The notes beneath the pieces were generated by a model, which worked only from the letters and a program-made list of their open reading frames with translations, was not told the origin of the DNA and did not search any database. DNA of 64,000 nucleotides from Bacteriovoracaceae bacterium (GTDB taxonomy: Bacteria > Bdellovibrionota > Bacteriovoracia > Bacteriovoracales > Bacteriovoracaceae): assembly GCA_965217035.1 (NCBI GenBank), contig OZ244226.1, positions 974,146-1,038,145 of the forward strand, read 5' to 3'. Of this stretch, positions 9,538-18,936 are shown in pieces. Positions within the stretch are counted from its first letter, which is position 1. Each line of letters starts with the position of its first letter. Position numbers and translations under genes: made by a program.

Positions 9538-10640
9538 TATACTCTTCTTTCAACTGAACGAGATTTTGTTAACTTCTTTTTAAAGTGCTTTGAAAAAGAA
9601 CTTTGTTTACTCGAAGTTGGTGTACTTTCATATATATTCTTTTTTTCTACGATTGTAGTAGGCTCCACTGAATTACTTTGTTGAAGATTTCCGTCAAAGT
9701 TTGTCCCAAGAATCTCCTTCTCTCCCATTCTTAAGAGACCTGCTTGATCTTTTATTTCGGACAAGAAGTTAATTCCTCCATCCGTATTTGAAAGAAGTAA
9801 GAACTGATCATGAACTCTTACTAGTAAAAGATTCTTCTTCGGTGCAATATGAGTTGTTCCAACAACTTCGACAAGTTTTGAGTTATTTAAGAATCCCATT
9901 TTATTCTTTCCAAGAACTTTTTTACGGAATAGGTTCATTACAAGAAGAAAGACTCCAATAATTCCAGTCAAAACCATCACTAGTTTCAAAAGATAGCTCT
10001 GGAAGCCTTTTGTTTCATCGTTAAGATCATCAATTTTTATTGCCTCAGATTTTGTACTCGAGACTACTTCACCTTTGCTTTGAGCTGCTTGTTCTGCCTT
10101 AACTTTATCTTCTAAGAGGACATTCACTCGATCTTCATTAAAAGGAATAGGTTCATGAGTGTCAGTTGTCTTTCTGAAGTCCTCAATTAAATAATCGAGA
10201 TTGCTTTTATCAACCTTTTGAACATCTTTCTTCTCAATAGTTTTCTTTGTCTTTGTTATTAGTTTCTTTGCTTGAACTTTCACTAAGGGAAGAATCGCCG
10301 TTAAGCTTTTTTTACTGAGCTTTATAGAAACATCAGAAATATTAGATTTTTTGATCACTTTTCTTGGAATTGAAATAATTGTCCCTTTTGAAGAATCTTT
10401 CACTTTAATCCCATGATATGGATTAATGTGAATCGAAGTCGTTGAATTCTTTTTAACTCCAGGAATAAAGAATTCGATCATTGATTTCGTTTTATTAATT
10501 TTAGGGTTTTCTAATAGATCACCAGAAAGAGATACAATCAGTTTTGTCACCTCTCCTGATTTCACCTCACTAATCTTCTTAATTGTCTCAGTACCATGAG
10601 CCAGACTTGAAACAAATAATAACAGTACAAATAATTTCAT
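9537..10640 (-). CDS. fliO: FliO with a long N-terminal periplasmic extension
   Basis: Signal peptide, then TM plus LVEVVGTTHIAPKKNLLLVRVHDQFLLL..GINFLSEI (FliO-like); between fliN and fliP. Confidence 0.8.
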   Translation of the reverse strand: MKLFVLLLFVSSLAHGTETIKKISEVKSGEVTKLIVSLSGDLLENPKINKTKSMIEFFIPGVKKNSTTSIHINPYHGIKVKDSSKGTIISIPRKVIKKSNISDVSIKLSKKSLTAILPLVKVQAKKLITKTKKTIEKKDVQKVDKSNLDYLIEDFRKTTDTHEPIPFNEDRVNVLLEDKVKAEQAAQSKGEVVSSTKSEAIKIDDLNDETKGFQSYLLKLVMVLTGIIGVFLLVMNLFRKKVLGKNKMGFLNNSKLVEVVGTTHIAPKKNLLLVRVHDQFLLLSNTDGGINFLSEIKDQAGLLRMGEKEILGTNFDGNLQQSNSVEPTTIVEKKNIYESTPTSSKQSSFSKHFKKKLTKSRSVERRV

Positions 10641-10649
10641 TATAATTTC

Positions 10650-11024
10650 CTATTTAAGGGTCTCAATCCTTTCAACTGGACTGATAATATCAGTAAGCCT
10701 AATTCCAAATTTTTCATTAACAACTACAACTTCACCTCTCGCCACAACTTTTCCGTTTACCAAAACCTCTAATGGCTCTCCGGCAAGCTTATCAAGTTCA
10801 ATAACAGACCCTTGAGCAAGTTGTAATAAGTCTTTGATAACAACTTTTGCTCTTCCTAGCTCGACACTCACTTTCAATGGGATATCAAGAATAAAGTCAA
10901 GATTTTGAATTTTTAATTTGTTAATAGCATCATCACCTGTCTGGACACCATCATCGACTAGGCCAATGTTTTCTAATGCTTTTTCCTCAACTGTGTTTTC
11001 TTCAGGATTTGTGTTTTCGCTCAT
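10650..11024 (-). CDS. fliN: Flagellar switch protein FliN
   Basis: LDIPLKVSVELGR..GEPLEVLVNG..ARGEVVVVNEKFGIRLT. Confidence 0.98.
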   Translation of the reverse strand: MSENTNPEENTVEEKALENIGLVDDGVQTGDDAINKLKIQNLDFILDIPLKVSVELGRAKVVIKDLLQLAQGSVIELDKLAGEPLEVLVNGKVVARGEVVVVNEKFGIRLTDIISPVERIETLK

Positions 11025-11026
11025 GA

Positions 11027-12022
11027 TTAACTCTCCTCCAGCTTTCGAGTAATTTGTACTGCTCGATTACCTTTATAAATTCCAGATATACATTTTAATT
11101 TTTTTACTTCTTCTACTTCCAGATCGAGTTCTGAAGATGCATCTTTATTCAAAGGAATGATATCACCCGTTTTTAAGCTTAATAGATCAGAAACTGAGAT
11201 TTCAGTTTCTCCGAGCTTTACAACTGTCTCTGAAGTAATATCTTGAACATGCTCTGACATATTTTTCGTCCAAAGAGTATCAACAACATCATGATCCGTT
11301 TGATAACTAGAGCTTAACTTGTGCTTAATTGGTTCAATTGTAGAATATGGAATAATGACCATGATCGTTCCAATCGCAGACTCAAATTCCACTTCAAAGG
11401 TTGTTGTAATGATAACATCAGAAGGAGGAACTACCCCAATGAATTGTGGATTAATTTCTGTTCTTACATATTGTGCATTAATTTTATGAATTGGAGCCCA
11501 GGCTTCTTCTAGATCATTGATCGCCATGTCCATAACTCTCTTCATGAATGAAAGTTCAATTTGGGTAAATTCCTTACCGTCGATCTTTGTAAAAGGTCTA
11601 TCTGATCCACCAAAATAAGCATCGATAATCGCATAAGCTAGTTTTGATTCAAAAACCATCAAAGCAGGCCCTCGTAATTCGTTAAGTCTCATTAAGCACA
11701 TACAACTTGGAATAGGTAATGTGTTTACAAATTCACCAAACTTTAAAAGGTCAGTTGAAATAATTGAAATGGTAGAAATTTTTCTTAATGAATTTGAAAG
11801 AGAAACTCTAAATGATCGGATGAATCGTTCATAGATAATATCAAGGATAGGCATTCGCCCACGGATAACTTTATCTTGATTAGTTAGATCGTAAGGCTGT
11901 ACGTTTTGTTCTAGCTCTGATTCACCAAAATCACCGTCACTGATTAATTCATCGACATCAGAATCATCGTTAACAGCATTTAATAGAGCATCAACTTCGT
12001 CTTGGCTTAAAACCTGTGACAT
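11027..12022 (-). CDS. fliM: Flagellar switch protein FliM
   Basis: CheY-binding LSQDEVDALL N-terminus; C-terminal SpoA domain. Confidence 0.98.
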   Translation of the reverse strand: MSQVLSQDEVDALLNAVNDDSDVDELISDGDFGESELEQNVQPYDLTNQDKVIRGRMPILDIIYERFIRSFRVSLSNSLRKISTISIISTDLLKFGEFVNTLPIPSCMCLMRLNELRGPALMVFESKLAYAIIDAYFGGSDRPFTKIDGKEFTQIELSFMKRVMDMAINDLEEAWAPIHKINAQYVRTEINPQFIGVVPPSDVIITTTFEVEFESAIGTIMVIIPYSTIEPIKHKLSSSYQTDHDVVDTLWTKNMSEHVQDITSETVVKLGETEISVSDLLSLKTGDIIPLNKDASSELDLEVEEVKKLKCISGIYKGNRAVQITRKLEES

Positions 12023-12075
12023 TTTCCCCTCCTGGGAGTATTCATCTGGACATCATGTCCGTTCTAAAATCAATC

Positions 12076-12627
12076 CTAGTTAATTTGAAAGCTTACGTAG
12101 AAAATGTCTACGACTGCTCCATTAACCAAGAATGAATTAACAGCATTTTTAATCTCTTCTTTAAGAAAGAGCTTTCCTTCTCTTTGCAAGAGATCTTCAG
12201 GCTTTTTAGAGTTCAAGATACTGATTATGGCATCTCTTATTTGAGGTTTCCTTGCCTGAAATTCCTCATCTTTAGCTTCTTTATTAAACTGAAGAACAGT
12301 TTTCATTCGGAGATATCTTCGTGGGCCTGCCCCTTGAGCCAAATTCACTGTAAAGTTTTCTAAAGGAAGAAGGCTACCTTCTTCTCTTTTTTCAGTAACT
12401 AGCTCAGACTGACTATCCTCACTTCCTCGCTCATTCATCATCTGATTTACGACATCTTTAATGTTTGGTTCCTCTGAGCTTTTTTTCATAAATTGAAATT
12501 GCTGAAAACCTACAAATCCCAGCGTCCCAATATTTAACACAATCAAAAGAACAACTAAGGGAGAGCTTTTTGAACCTGATTCTGCCTTTGTCTCTACTGG
12601 TGCGTTTTCATTGTTTTCCTCTGCCAT
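12076..12627 (-). CDS. fliL: Flagellar protein FliL
   Basis: Single TM, LENFTVNL..RRYLR, PQIRDAII. Confidence 0.93.
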   Translation of the reverse strand: MAEENNENAPVETKAESGSKSSPLVVLLIVLNIGTLGFVGFQQFQFMKKSSEEPNIKDVVNQMMNERGSEDSQSELVTEKREEGSLLPLENFTVNLAQGAGPRRYLRMKTVLQFNKEAKDEEFQARKPQIRDAIISILNSKKPEDLLQREGKLFLKEEIKNAVNSFLVNGAVVDIFYVSFQIN

Positions 12628-12855
12628 TGGAAATCCTTTAATTGTTTAAAAACAAACCTTTCTAAATGGGAAACGAAAATATTTCCCCTTCACTACTCTC
12701 TAATTATAGTTGATAGGCAAAATTTGAATCAATCGGGCAGGAGGCTCCATATAAATTTAACCATTTAAGCCCTTTGGTAGGTAAAATTTTCCATAAATAG
12801 ATGATTTTGATGTAAAAAAAATGACACAGTAAAACTGTCGGATTTCTTTTTAGGT

Positions 12856-12883
12856 AAAAAAAAGGGTGCCTCGACGACACCCC
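12856..12883 (-). terminator. Intrinsic terminator after HU gene
   Basis: Minus strand GGGTGTC-GTCGA-GGCACCC followed by T8. Confidence 0.8.
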
Positions 12884-12910
12884 ATTATACGTCTTAGTAG
12901 TAAAATGATA

Positions 12911-13210
12911 CTAAAACATTTCCTTCCAAGCCTTCCCTGGTCTGAATTTAGGAAGTGTTTTAGCTTTAATTTTAATTTTTTCACCAGTAGCAGGATTGAT
13001 TCCTGTTCTAGCAGCTCTACGAACCTTCGTAAAAGTTCCAAATCCAACTAAAGATACGTCATCACCCTTTTTAACAGTTTTTCTAACTGTATCGATGAAA
13101 GCATTAACAAAAGTCTCTGCATCTTTTTTTGTGAAGTGATTTAGAGCTTTGTCCTTAAGTACAGCTTCGATTAATTCTTTCTTGTTCATGTTTTCTCCTC
13201 TTTGAGACAC
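12911..13210 (-). CDS. hup: HU family DNA-binding protein (likely start ATG 13189)
   Basis: MNKKELIEAV..VSLVGFGTF..RAARTGINPATGEKIKI..PKFRPGK. Confidence 0.95.
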   Translation of the reverse strand: MSQRGENMNKKELIEAVLKDKALNHFTKKDAETFVNAFIDTVRKTVKKGDDVSLVGFGTFTKVRRAARTGINPATGEKIKIKAKTLPKFRPGKAWKEMF

Positions 13211-13303
13211 AAGGTTAGTAAAAAATAGCTATCTAAATAAAGTTTTCCTTACTTTTTTTTGAATGACAACTTTTTTTTAGCTTAAATTAATCCCGTAAAG
13301 TCC

Positions 13304-14098
13304 TTATAGCTTTAGTTTTCCACGTTTCTGAAGTTCGCCAACGATCTCTACAAAGTAGCTTGTCGGATAAGCTCCCTTAACAGGAATACCATTCAGGAGA
13401 AACCCTGGAGTTCCTTGAAAGCCATATTTTCTGGCTTCCGCCGCATCGGCATCAATTCTTTTTGAAACGGTCTCAGATGAAAGGTCTTTTTTAAGTTTGG
13501 ACATATTAGCTCCAACTTTTTTAGCAACCTCTTTAAGAAACTTCTCTCCTCCTTCTCTGATTTTTTGTTGTTCAGCAAAGAGAGCATCATGAAACTTTAT
13601 TGCTTTTTTAGGATCTTGAAGCCTGATCGCTTCATAGTATTCAGCACACTTACGAGAGTACTGACCGATAACTGGTAAATGCTTAAAGACAAATCGAATT
13701 TTATTTCCATATTTCTCAAGAAGCTCTACCACTGTCTTAAAGCCCTTGGAACAGTAATAACATTGAAAATCAGAATATTCTACGAGCGTAATAGGAGCAT
13801 CTTTTTTTCCACCTCTAAAGAGTTCATCATCACGAATTTCAGCAACAATCGGGTTGTCATATCTTTCTTCAAGTTGCTTCTTTTCTTCTTCTTCACTCTT
13901 CTTACGAGCTTCCTCTTGAGCCTTTTGAGCCGCATCCTTAAAAGCATCAAGAATGACTGTTGGATTTGCCTGAATGGCCTCAGCCAAAATATCAGGGTTT
14001 TCTTTAAGAAGTTTTTTTACGCTGTCTTTAGAGACAGATCCCATACAGGAATAAAAAGAGAGCAACGCAACTGATGCAATCAACATTAGAAATCTCAT
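13304..14098 (-). CDS. DsbA/thioredoxin-fold lipoprotein (BdbD/ScsC-like)
   Basis: Lipobox-like FYSC, EYSDFQCYYC active site, GTP cis-Pro loop, LKENPDIL N-terminal helix. Confidence 0.9.
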   Translation of the reverse strand: MRFLMLIASVALLSFYSCMGSVSKDSVKKLLKENPDILAEAIQANPTVILDAFKDAAQKAQEEARKKSEEEEKKQLEERYDNPIVAEIRDDELFRGGKKDAPITLVEYSDFQCYYCSKGFKTVVELLEKYGNKIRFVFKHLPVIGQYSRKCAEYYEAIRLQDPKKAIKFHDALFAEQQKIREGGEKFLKEVAKKVGANMSKLKKDLSSETVSKRIDADAAEARKYGFQGTPGFLLNGIPVKGAYPTSYFVEIVGELQKRGKLKL

Positions 14099-14233
14099 AG
14101 AAGGTCCTTTTGAAAGTGTGTTGAGAAGGATTAAATACTGGTTTAATCCTATTGAACCTTGTAACTTATTTCAACAAATAACGCGTCAACTCAATGTTAA
14201 ATTATTGTCATTTAGCGAGAAGAACCCTCAACA

Positions 14234-14446
14234 TTAGTTGAGGGCATGAAGTACTTTTTTATGAACACCACCACAGTCGAGACATCTCGAAGTCTCCTGA
14301 ACAAACAAACTCCCATAGTCAGGTAAATGACTAAGAAGTAACTTTGCCCCACAAAATTCACATTCATCAATTTTTTTGGCAACTTCTTCAGGACTTCCTT
14401 GGTATTCAAGGTAATTTTCAATTTTAAAATCTAACTTGCAGGACAT
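14234..14446 (-). CDS. Small protein with two CxxC motifs (putative Zn ribbon)
   Basis: AGGAG RBS; CEFC...CLDC. Confidence 0.75.
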   Translation of the reverse strand: MSCKLDFKIENYLEYQGSPEEVAKKIDECEFCGAKLLLSHLPDYGSLFVQETSRCLDCGGVHKKVLHALN

Positions 14447-14686
14447 TTCTTTACTCCTTTGAGCTTATTTCTATCAGTTTGAGCAACAAACTAAATTCTC
14501 TATCGTCTTGCAGTTTCAAATATCAATAAGGATTCTTTGAGTAGGAAAAGAAGGACCAGTAAAAGAGATCAAAACAGTCAACAGCTATAAACTTTTCTCT
14601 TCATGATAAGTTTATAGAGCATTGGCGAAAGTAGTTCTCTTAACGTAAAATTTATAAAGACGAAGTTCTAGGAGGGAACAGTTTAC

Positions 14687-15844
14687 ATGCGAGTTATTTG
14701 CAGCATCTGCTTATTTTTTATAACACTCTATTCTCCCTTAGCTTCAAGTACACTTCCTGAAGTAAAAGTTCTTATTGGAAAATCATTAAAAAAAGTAAAG
14801 ATTCGCGGAAACAATCTTAAAAGAAGATTTAAGCATGAAAAAAAGATAAAGAAATATAAAGGTCTCAAAACTGTCGTTTTCAATTGTAATAAAAAAACAA
14901 AATCTCTAAAAAAGAAAAATCTACTTGCCTCCCTAAAGACTGATAATCAAATTATTAAATGGGAAAATAATCTCTATGAAGGAGAGCTTCTTATAGAATC
15001 AAAAGCAAGAAGTAAATCTTGTGATTTGATCATGAAGACTTCTATGGATAAGTATATCAGCTTATTGCTTAGCAAGGAAATGAATGCAGCCTGGCCAATC
15101 GAAGCACTTAAGGCCCAAGCTGTTGCAGCAAGAACCTATGCTTACTTCAAAATGAAAAATAATTCGAATGAAAGTTTTCACTTAGAGAACTCTGAAAAGC
15201 ATCAAGTAAACGGCACTGTTAAAGATGAAAGTCGAAATACAAAAGAAGCATCACGATCGACATCGGAACAAATTCTTGTAAATTCGACTGGAGAACTTCA
15301 GCCTATTTTTTATCATTCTAAGTGTGGAGGAAAAACTCTCCTTCCTTCTGATGTTTGGGGTGGTCATATAAAGGGATATAAATCGGTCATTTGCCCCTTC
15401 TGTGTTCATCATGGTGAAAAACAGTGGAATAAATCAATGAACACAGATAAGTTTGCTAGATTACTCAAAAAAATTTACAAAAAGAAATTTGGGGCGGCTA
15501 TCTATGATATGAGTTTAAAAAAGAATACTAAAGACATCTATTCTTTTCATGATCATATGTTTAATCGCTCTACTAAGATTTTTCACTCAGGTAAAACTCA
15601 AGTAGTCTCAAAACCAAAATTAAGAAATCTGTCAGGACGTTCTCTCATTCCCTCTAATAATTACACCATAAAAATTAAAGGAAAAAAGGTTCATCTCAGT
15701 GGTCGAGGATATGGACATGGAGTAGGTCTTTGCCAAATAGGTGCTCTTGAACTCGCTAAAAGAGGCTATAACTATCGAGAAATTCTTTCGTATTATTTTC
15801 CGAAACATAAAATCGTCAACATCAAAAAAAATAAGTACTTTTAG
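14687..15844 (+). CDS. SpoIID/LytB family lytic transglycosylase
   Basis: KEMNAAWPIEALKAQAVAARTYA, YHSKCGG, GRGYGHGVGLCQIGA..YREILSYYFP; AGGAGG RBS. Confidence 0.95.
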   Translation: MRVICSICLFFITLYSPLASSTLPEVKVLIGKSLKKVKIRGNNLKRRFKHEKKIKKYKGLKTVVFNCNKKTKSLKKKNLLASLKTDNQIIKWENNLYEGELLIESKARSKSCDLIMKTSMDKYISLLLSKEMNAAWPIEALKAQAVAARTYAYFKMKNNSNESFHLENSEKHQVNGTVKDESRNTKEASRSTSEQILVNSTGELQPIFYHSKCGGKTLLPSDVWGGHIKGYKSVICPFCVHHGEKQWNKSMNTDKFARLLKKIYKKKFGAAIYDMSLKKNTKDIYSFHDHMFNRSTKIFHSGKTQVVSKPKLRNLSGRSLIPSNNYTIKIKGKKVHLSGRGYGHGVGLCQIGALELAKRGYNYREILSYYFPKHKIVNIKKNKYF

Positions 15845-15847
15845 AGT

Positions 15848-16557
15848 ATGAAATATCTCTTCATTTTCCTTATTTATTCATCTCAGCTCTTGGGGCAAAA
15901 ATCTTAATCGATCCAGGGCATGGAGGAAGAGATTATGGGGCAAAAGGAAGAATCGCCGGAACCAAGGGAATCCAGCTTGAAAAAGACCTGACCTTGAAAC
16001 TTTCTAAAGTTCTCAAAAAGAAATTAAGTCCTTACTTTCAGGTATATCTTACCAGAAATAAGGATGTGAATATTTCATTAGAACAGAGAGCTAAACTAGC
16101 GGAAGATCTAAAAGTAGACCTTGTACTTTCTCTCCACTTCAACTCTTCTGAACACAAAGTTGCTAGAGGGTTTGAAACTTATTACCTTGATAATCACGAT
16201 GATGTTGCCGTAAAGAAGCTGGAAAACTCTGAAAATCTTGGTTTCTCTGAGGACTCGTTAGTAAATAAAATTCTCATTGATCTTGCTATCAAACTAACAT
16301 CAACAAAATCAAAAGAACTCGCGAAACTCACTCACCAAAATATTGCAAAGAAAATTAAAAGAAAATATAAAATTAGAGATAGAGGATTTAAACCTGGTAA
16401 CTTTTATGTACTTGCTCTTTCAAAAAGACCTGGTCTTCTATTGGAGGCTGGCTTTATGTCCAATAAAAAAGAACTTTCTAAGATAAACAATCAAAGATTT
16501 TTTAATGACTATGCTGATGGAATACTCTCTGGTCTGAAACAATTTTATAAGAAATAA
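15848..16557 (+). pseudogene. N-acetylmuramoyl-L-alanine amidase (Amidase_3) with an apparent 1-bp frameshift in the signal-peptide region
   Basis: KILIDPGHGG (from 15898) is in frame with ORF 15994 (EKDLTL, SLHFNS, LLEAGFMSN); the ATG at 15848 is in another frame and stops at 15905-15907. Confidence 0.8.
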
Positions 16558-16589
16558 AAACCCCTCAAGAATAATCCTGAGGGGTTTTT
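16556..16589. terminator. Bidirectional intrinsic terminator
   Basis: AAAAA-CCCCTCA..TGAGGGG-TTTTT between convergent genes. Confidence 0.85.
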
Positions 16590-16610
16590 AGACTGCGGAG
16601 AGGGATGGGG

Positions 16611-17234
16611 TTATAACATTTGCTCACTATAGAAATCGAATGGACAAATCCCTTCTATAGGAGATGATCCATTGATTGGAGCAACTTGTAAGATAATTGG
16701 TTGAGATGATTGTGGATAAATAACTCCGAAGTTAAATTCAGAGATTTGATTGACAGTACAGCTAGTAGCGGGAGATCCGAAAAACTCTCCATAAATTTGA
16801 ACATTAGTGATTGCTGGCCCCCAAAGGTCAAGATCACAAAGACTGATAATAACATCTTTAGTGACACCATAGTCTTTTACGACAACGACATCTCTTTCTG
16901 GGGTCGAACCAACATAAAGAGTTTTGACTCCACTTAGATTGTTCAAGTCTAAATTAACATTGTTAACACCGACAACTTGTGGTTGTCCAAAACCAGTCGA
17001 TTGAAACTGAAAGCCAATTGTAACTCGTGGTGCATTTCCAACACAAATCATATTAGGATGTGTGATGAGACTTTGAAACTTCTGTGCAAATGGAATTCCA
17101 TCCTGCAAGCCAGGGAACGCAGGGTTTACGAAAGGTGAACCACCGAAGGTTCTGTTTTGGTCTCTATTTCCGCACGATACTCCTAATGCTAGGAATACGA
17201 TAAAAAATAAAGAGCTAAGTCTTGTTGTTTTCAT
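16611..17234 (-). CDS. Hypothetical lipoprotein with 4 additional Cys
   Basis: MKTTRLSSLFFIVFLALGVS-C lipobox; AGGAGAGGAG RBS. Confidence 0.85.
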   Translation of the reverse strand: MKTTRLSSLFFIVFLALGVSCGNRDQNRTFGGSPFVNPAFPGLQDGIPFAQKFQSLITHPNMICVGNAPRVTIGFQFQSTGFGQPQVVGVNNVNLDLNNLSGVKTLYVGSTPERDVVVVKDYGVTKDVIISLCDLDLWGPAITNVQIYGEFFGSPATSCTVNQISEFNFGVIYPQSSQPIILQVAPINGSSPIEGICPFDFYSEQML

Positions 17235-17277
17235 TTCTCCTCTCCTTGTCTAAAAAAGAAACATATAGCTTTTATAC

Positions 17278-17294
17278 TGCAGGAAGAATGCCAA
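17278..17294 (-). promoter_or_regulatory. sigma54 -24/-12 promoter
   Basis: Minus strand TTGGCATTCTTCCTGCA, exact GG-N10-GC spacing, 44 bp upstream of the lipoprotein start. Confidence 0.7.
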
Positions 17295-17439
17295 CTTGAA
17301 AGATTCGTTATTTTAATCACTTAGCCTTCATGATCTGTAAAAAAGTCTACAGCCTAGTAACATGTGTCTAAAACTTTGACGGTTCATTTTATTAAATTTA
17401 TAGAAAATCAATCTAAATACCGATCAGTCCTTATATAGT

Positions 17440-18936
17440 ATGAGAAAACTTCTATTGATCATTTACTTGCTTCAAAACCTAGCGATAGCGGGGGAACCTG
17501 ATGATTTTCAAAAAGAACTCGACGAAATCAACCAAGTTTTCACTCTTTCTTATCCGAGCTCCTATTATGAGCCCCTCAATTTAACATTAGAAGAAAAGCG
17601 TTATATTCAACAAAAAGATGAAATTCAAACATTCTATTTAGAGCTAACAAATAAATATCTAAGTCGTTATGAGCAAAATGCTTCACTTGACCCATTCACC
17701 TTGACCGAAAAGAACCTTTTAGAGATTCACTACAAAATTTTAGAAGAAAATTTTAAAAGCATGAATCGATATTATGCTTATAATCTAGATGAAATAAAAT
17801 ATCTTAATGAAATCAAAAAACAATCAGGTCTTTTCGCCAGAAACTTTATAGCTCGAACTCAGACTTATCTTTCGGTCGAGACCTCGAGCAAGGGTAAGAT
17901 CAATCTAAGAAAAATCATTAAAAAACTAAAGTTTGAACTTAAAAACTCTCCTTTTATAAGTCCTAAAGGTACTCGCATAAGAATCAGAATGAAAAATCGA
18001 GTTGTTGCGCTTACCTTTATCATTGGATTCATTGCAACAAATGTTCTCCCTGTTGTATTTTTAACCTTAGGTCTACCCAAATATGCTCTTTATGCCACTT
18101 TTGGAATACAACCTATCTTAAAGCAATTATTAGTAAGTGCTCTCTATAATCTAAAGGCGAAAAAAAGAATGGCTAAATTTTTAGGGAAGCAAGACTATAG
18201 GGAGTATGAGAAATTTCGAAAATATCTTTATGAAGACAAACCTCTCATGAAGAGCATTAAAATCATCGAAAATGATCAACTTTTTAAATTCCGTTACAGA
18301 TCTCAATCAGATATCAGGAATGCAATATCTTATTTCACAGGAAAAAATTATGTTAATTACTCTCAAATAAAAAATTATTTTATTCAAAAAAATGATAACT
18401 ACTCAACGCTTCTTTTAAAAGCGGAAGAACTCTACACTAAAGATTATGATAGAACCTTCTTTATGATTCACGAGCTTTTTAAAAGAAAGAACGAGGAAAG
18501 TGCTATCGCCTTTTTCAAAGATTTTGATTATAGTTTTTTGCAAATAAAAAATAATGTCAATGATTTAAAGGGTGCGGATAAATGGATCCATTCCATACTT
18601 AATATCAAAGATCTCAATAGCTTTAGGAAAGCAATACAAAGTGCTCCCGATGATATTCCTACTATTGTTTTCTTTGAAGTCCTTAGAACTAAAATTTTAC
18701 CAATTTTTGCTGATTTTAAAGGCATTAAATATAAAAACTTCCGTTATTTGATAAAAAACCTTTATATAAAAGAGTTTAATCTCACCAAAGATGGAGTCGA
18801 TACATTAAGTAGAATAGAACTGAATAAAATATCCGAACTACTTTCCAAAGAGGCTTTAAGTTCACAGGGTTGTAAAAGCTGGACAAATAAAATTTTACCT
18901 AAGTTCAACAACTTCTTAAAGAATCTCATCTTTTAA
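17440..18936 (+). CDS. Hypothetical exported/membrane protein
   Basis: Signal peptide, central hydrophobic hairpin, 498 aa; no recognised motif. Confidence 0.8.
   Translation: MRKLLLIIYLLQNLAIAGEPDDFQKELDEINQVFTLSYPSSYYEPLNLTLEEKRYIQQKDEIQTFYLELTNKYLSRYEQNASLDPFTLTEKNLLEIHYKILEENFKSMNRYYAYNLDEIKYLNEIKKQSGLFARNFIARTQTYLSVETSSKGKINLRKIIKKLKFELKNSPFISPKGTRIRIRMKNRVVALTFIIGFIATNVLPVVFLTLGLPKYALYATFGIQPILKQLLVSALYNLKAKKRMAKFLGKQDYREYEKFRKYLYEDKPLMKSIKIIENDQLFKFRYRSQSDIRNAISYFTGKNYVNYSQIKNYFIQKNDNYSTLLLKAEELYTKDYDRTFFMIHELFKRKNEESAIAFFKDFDYSFLQIKNNVNDLKGADKWIHSILNIKDLNSFRKAIQSAPDDIPTIVFFEVLRTKILPIFADFKGIKYKNFRYLIKNLYIKEFNLTKDGVDTLSRIELNKISELLSKEALSSQGCKSWTNKILPKFNNFLKNLIF

Noticed and set aside
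12717..12733. sigma54-like TGATTCAAATTTTGC upstream of fliL
   Set aside because: The invariant -24 GG is GA; too weak to call
14212..14421. 69-aa alternative-frame ORF
   Set aside because: Overlaps the CxxC ORF, which has the RBS and a coherent motif
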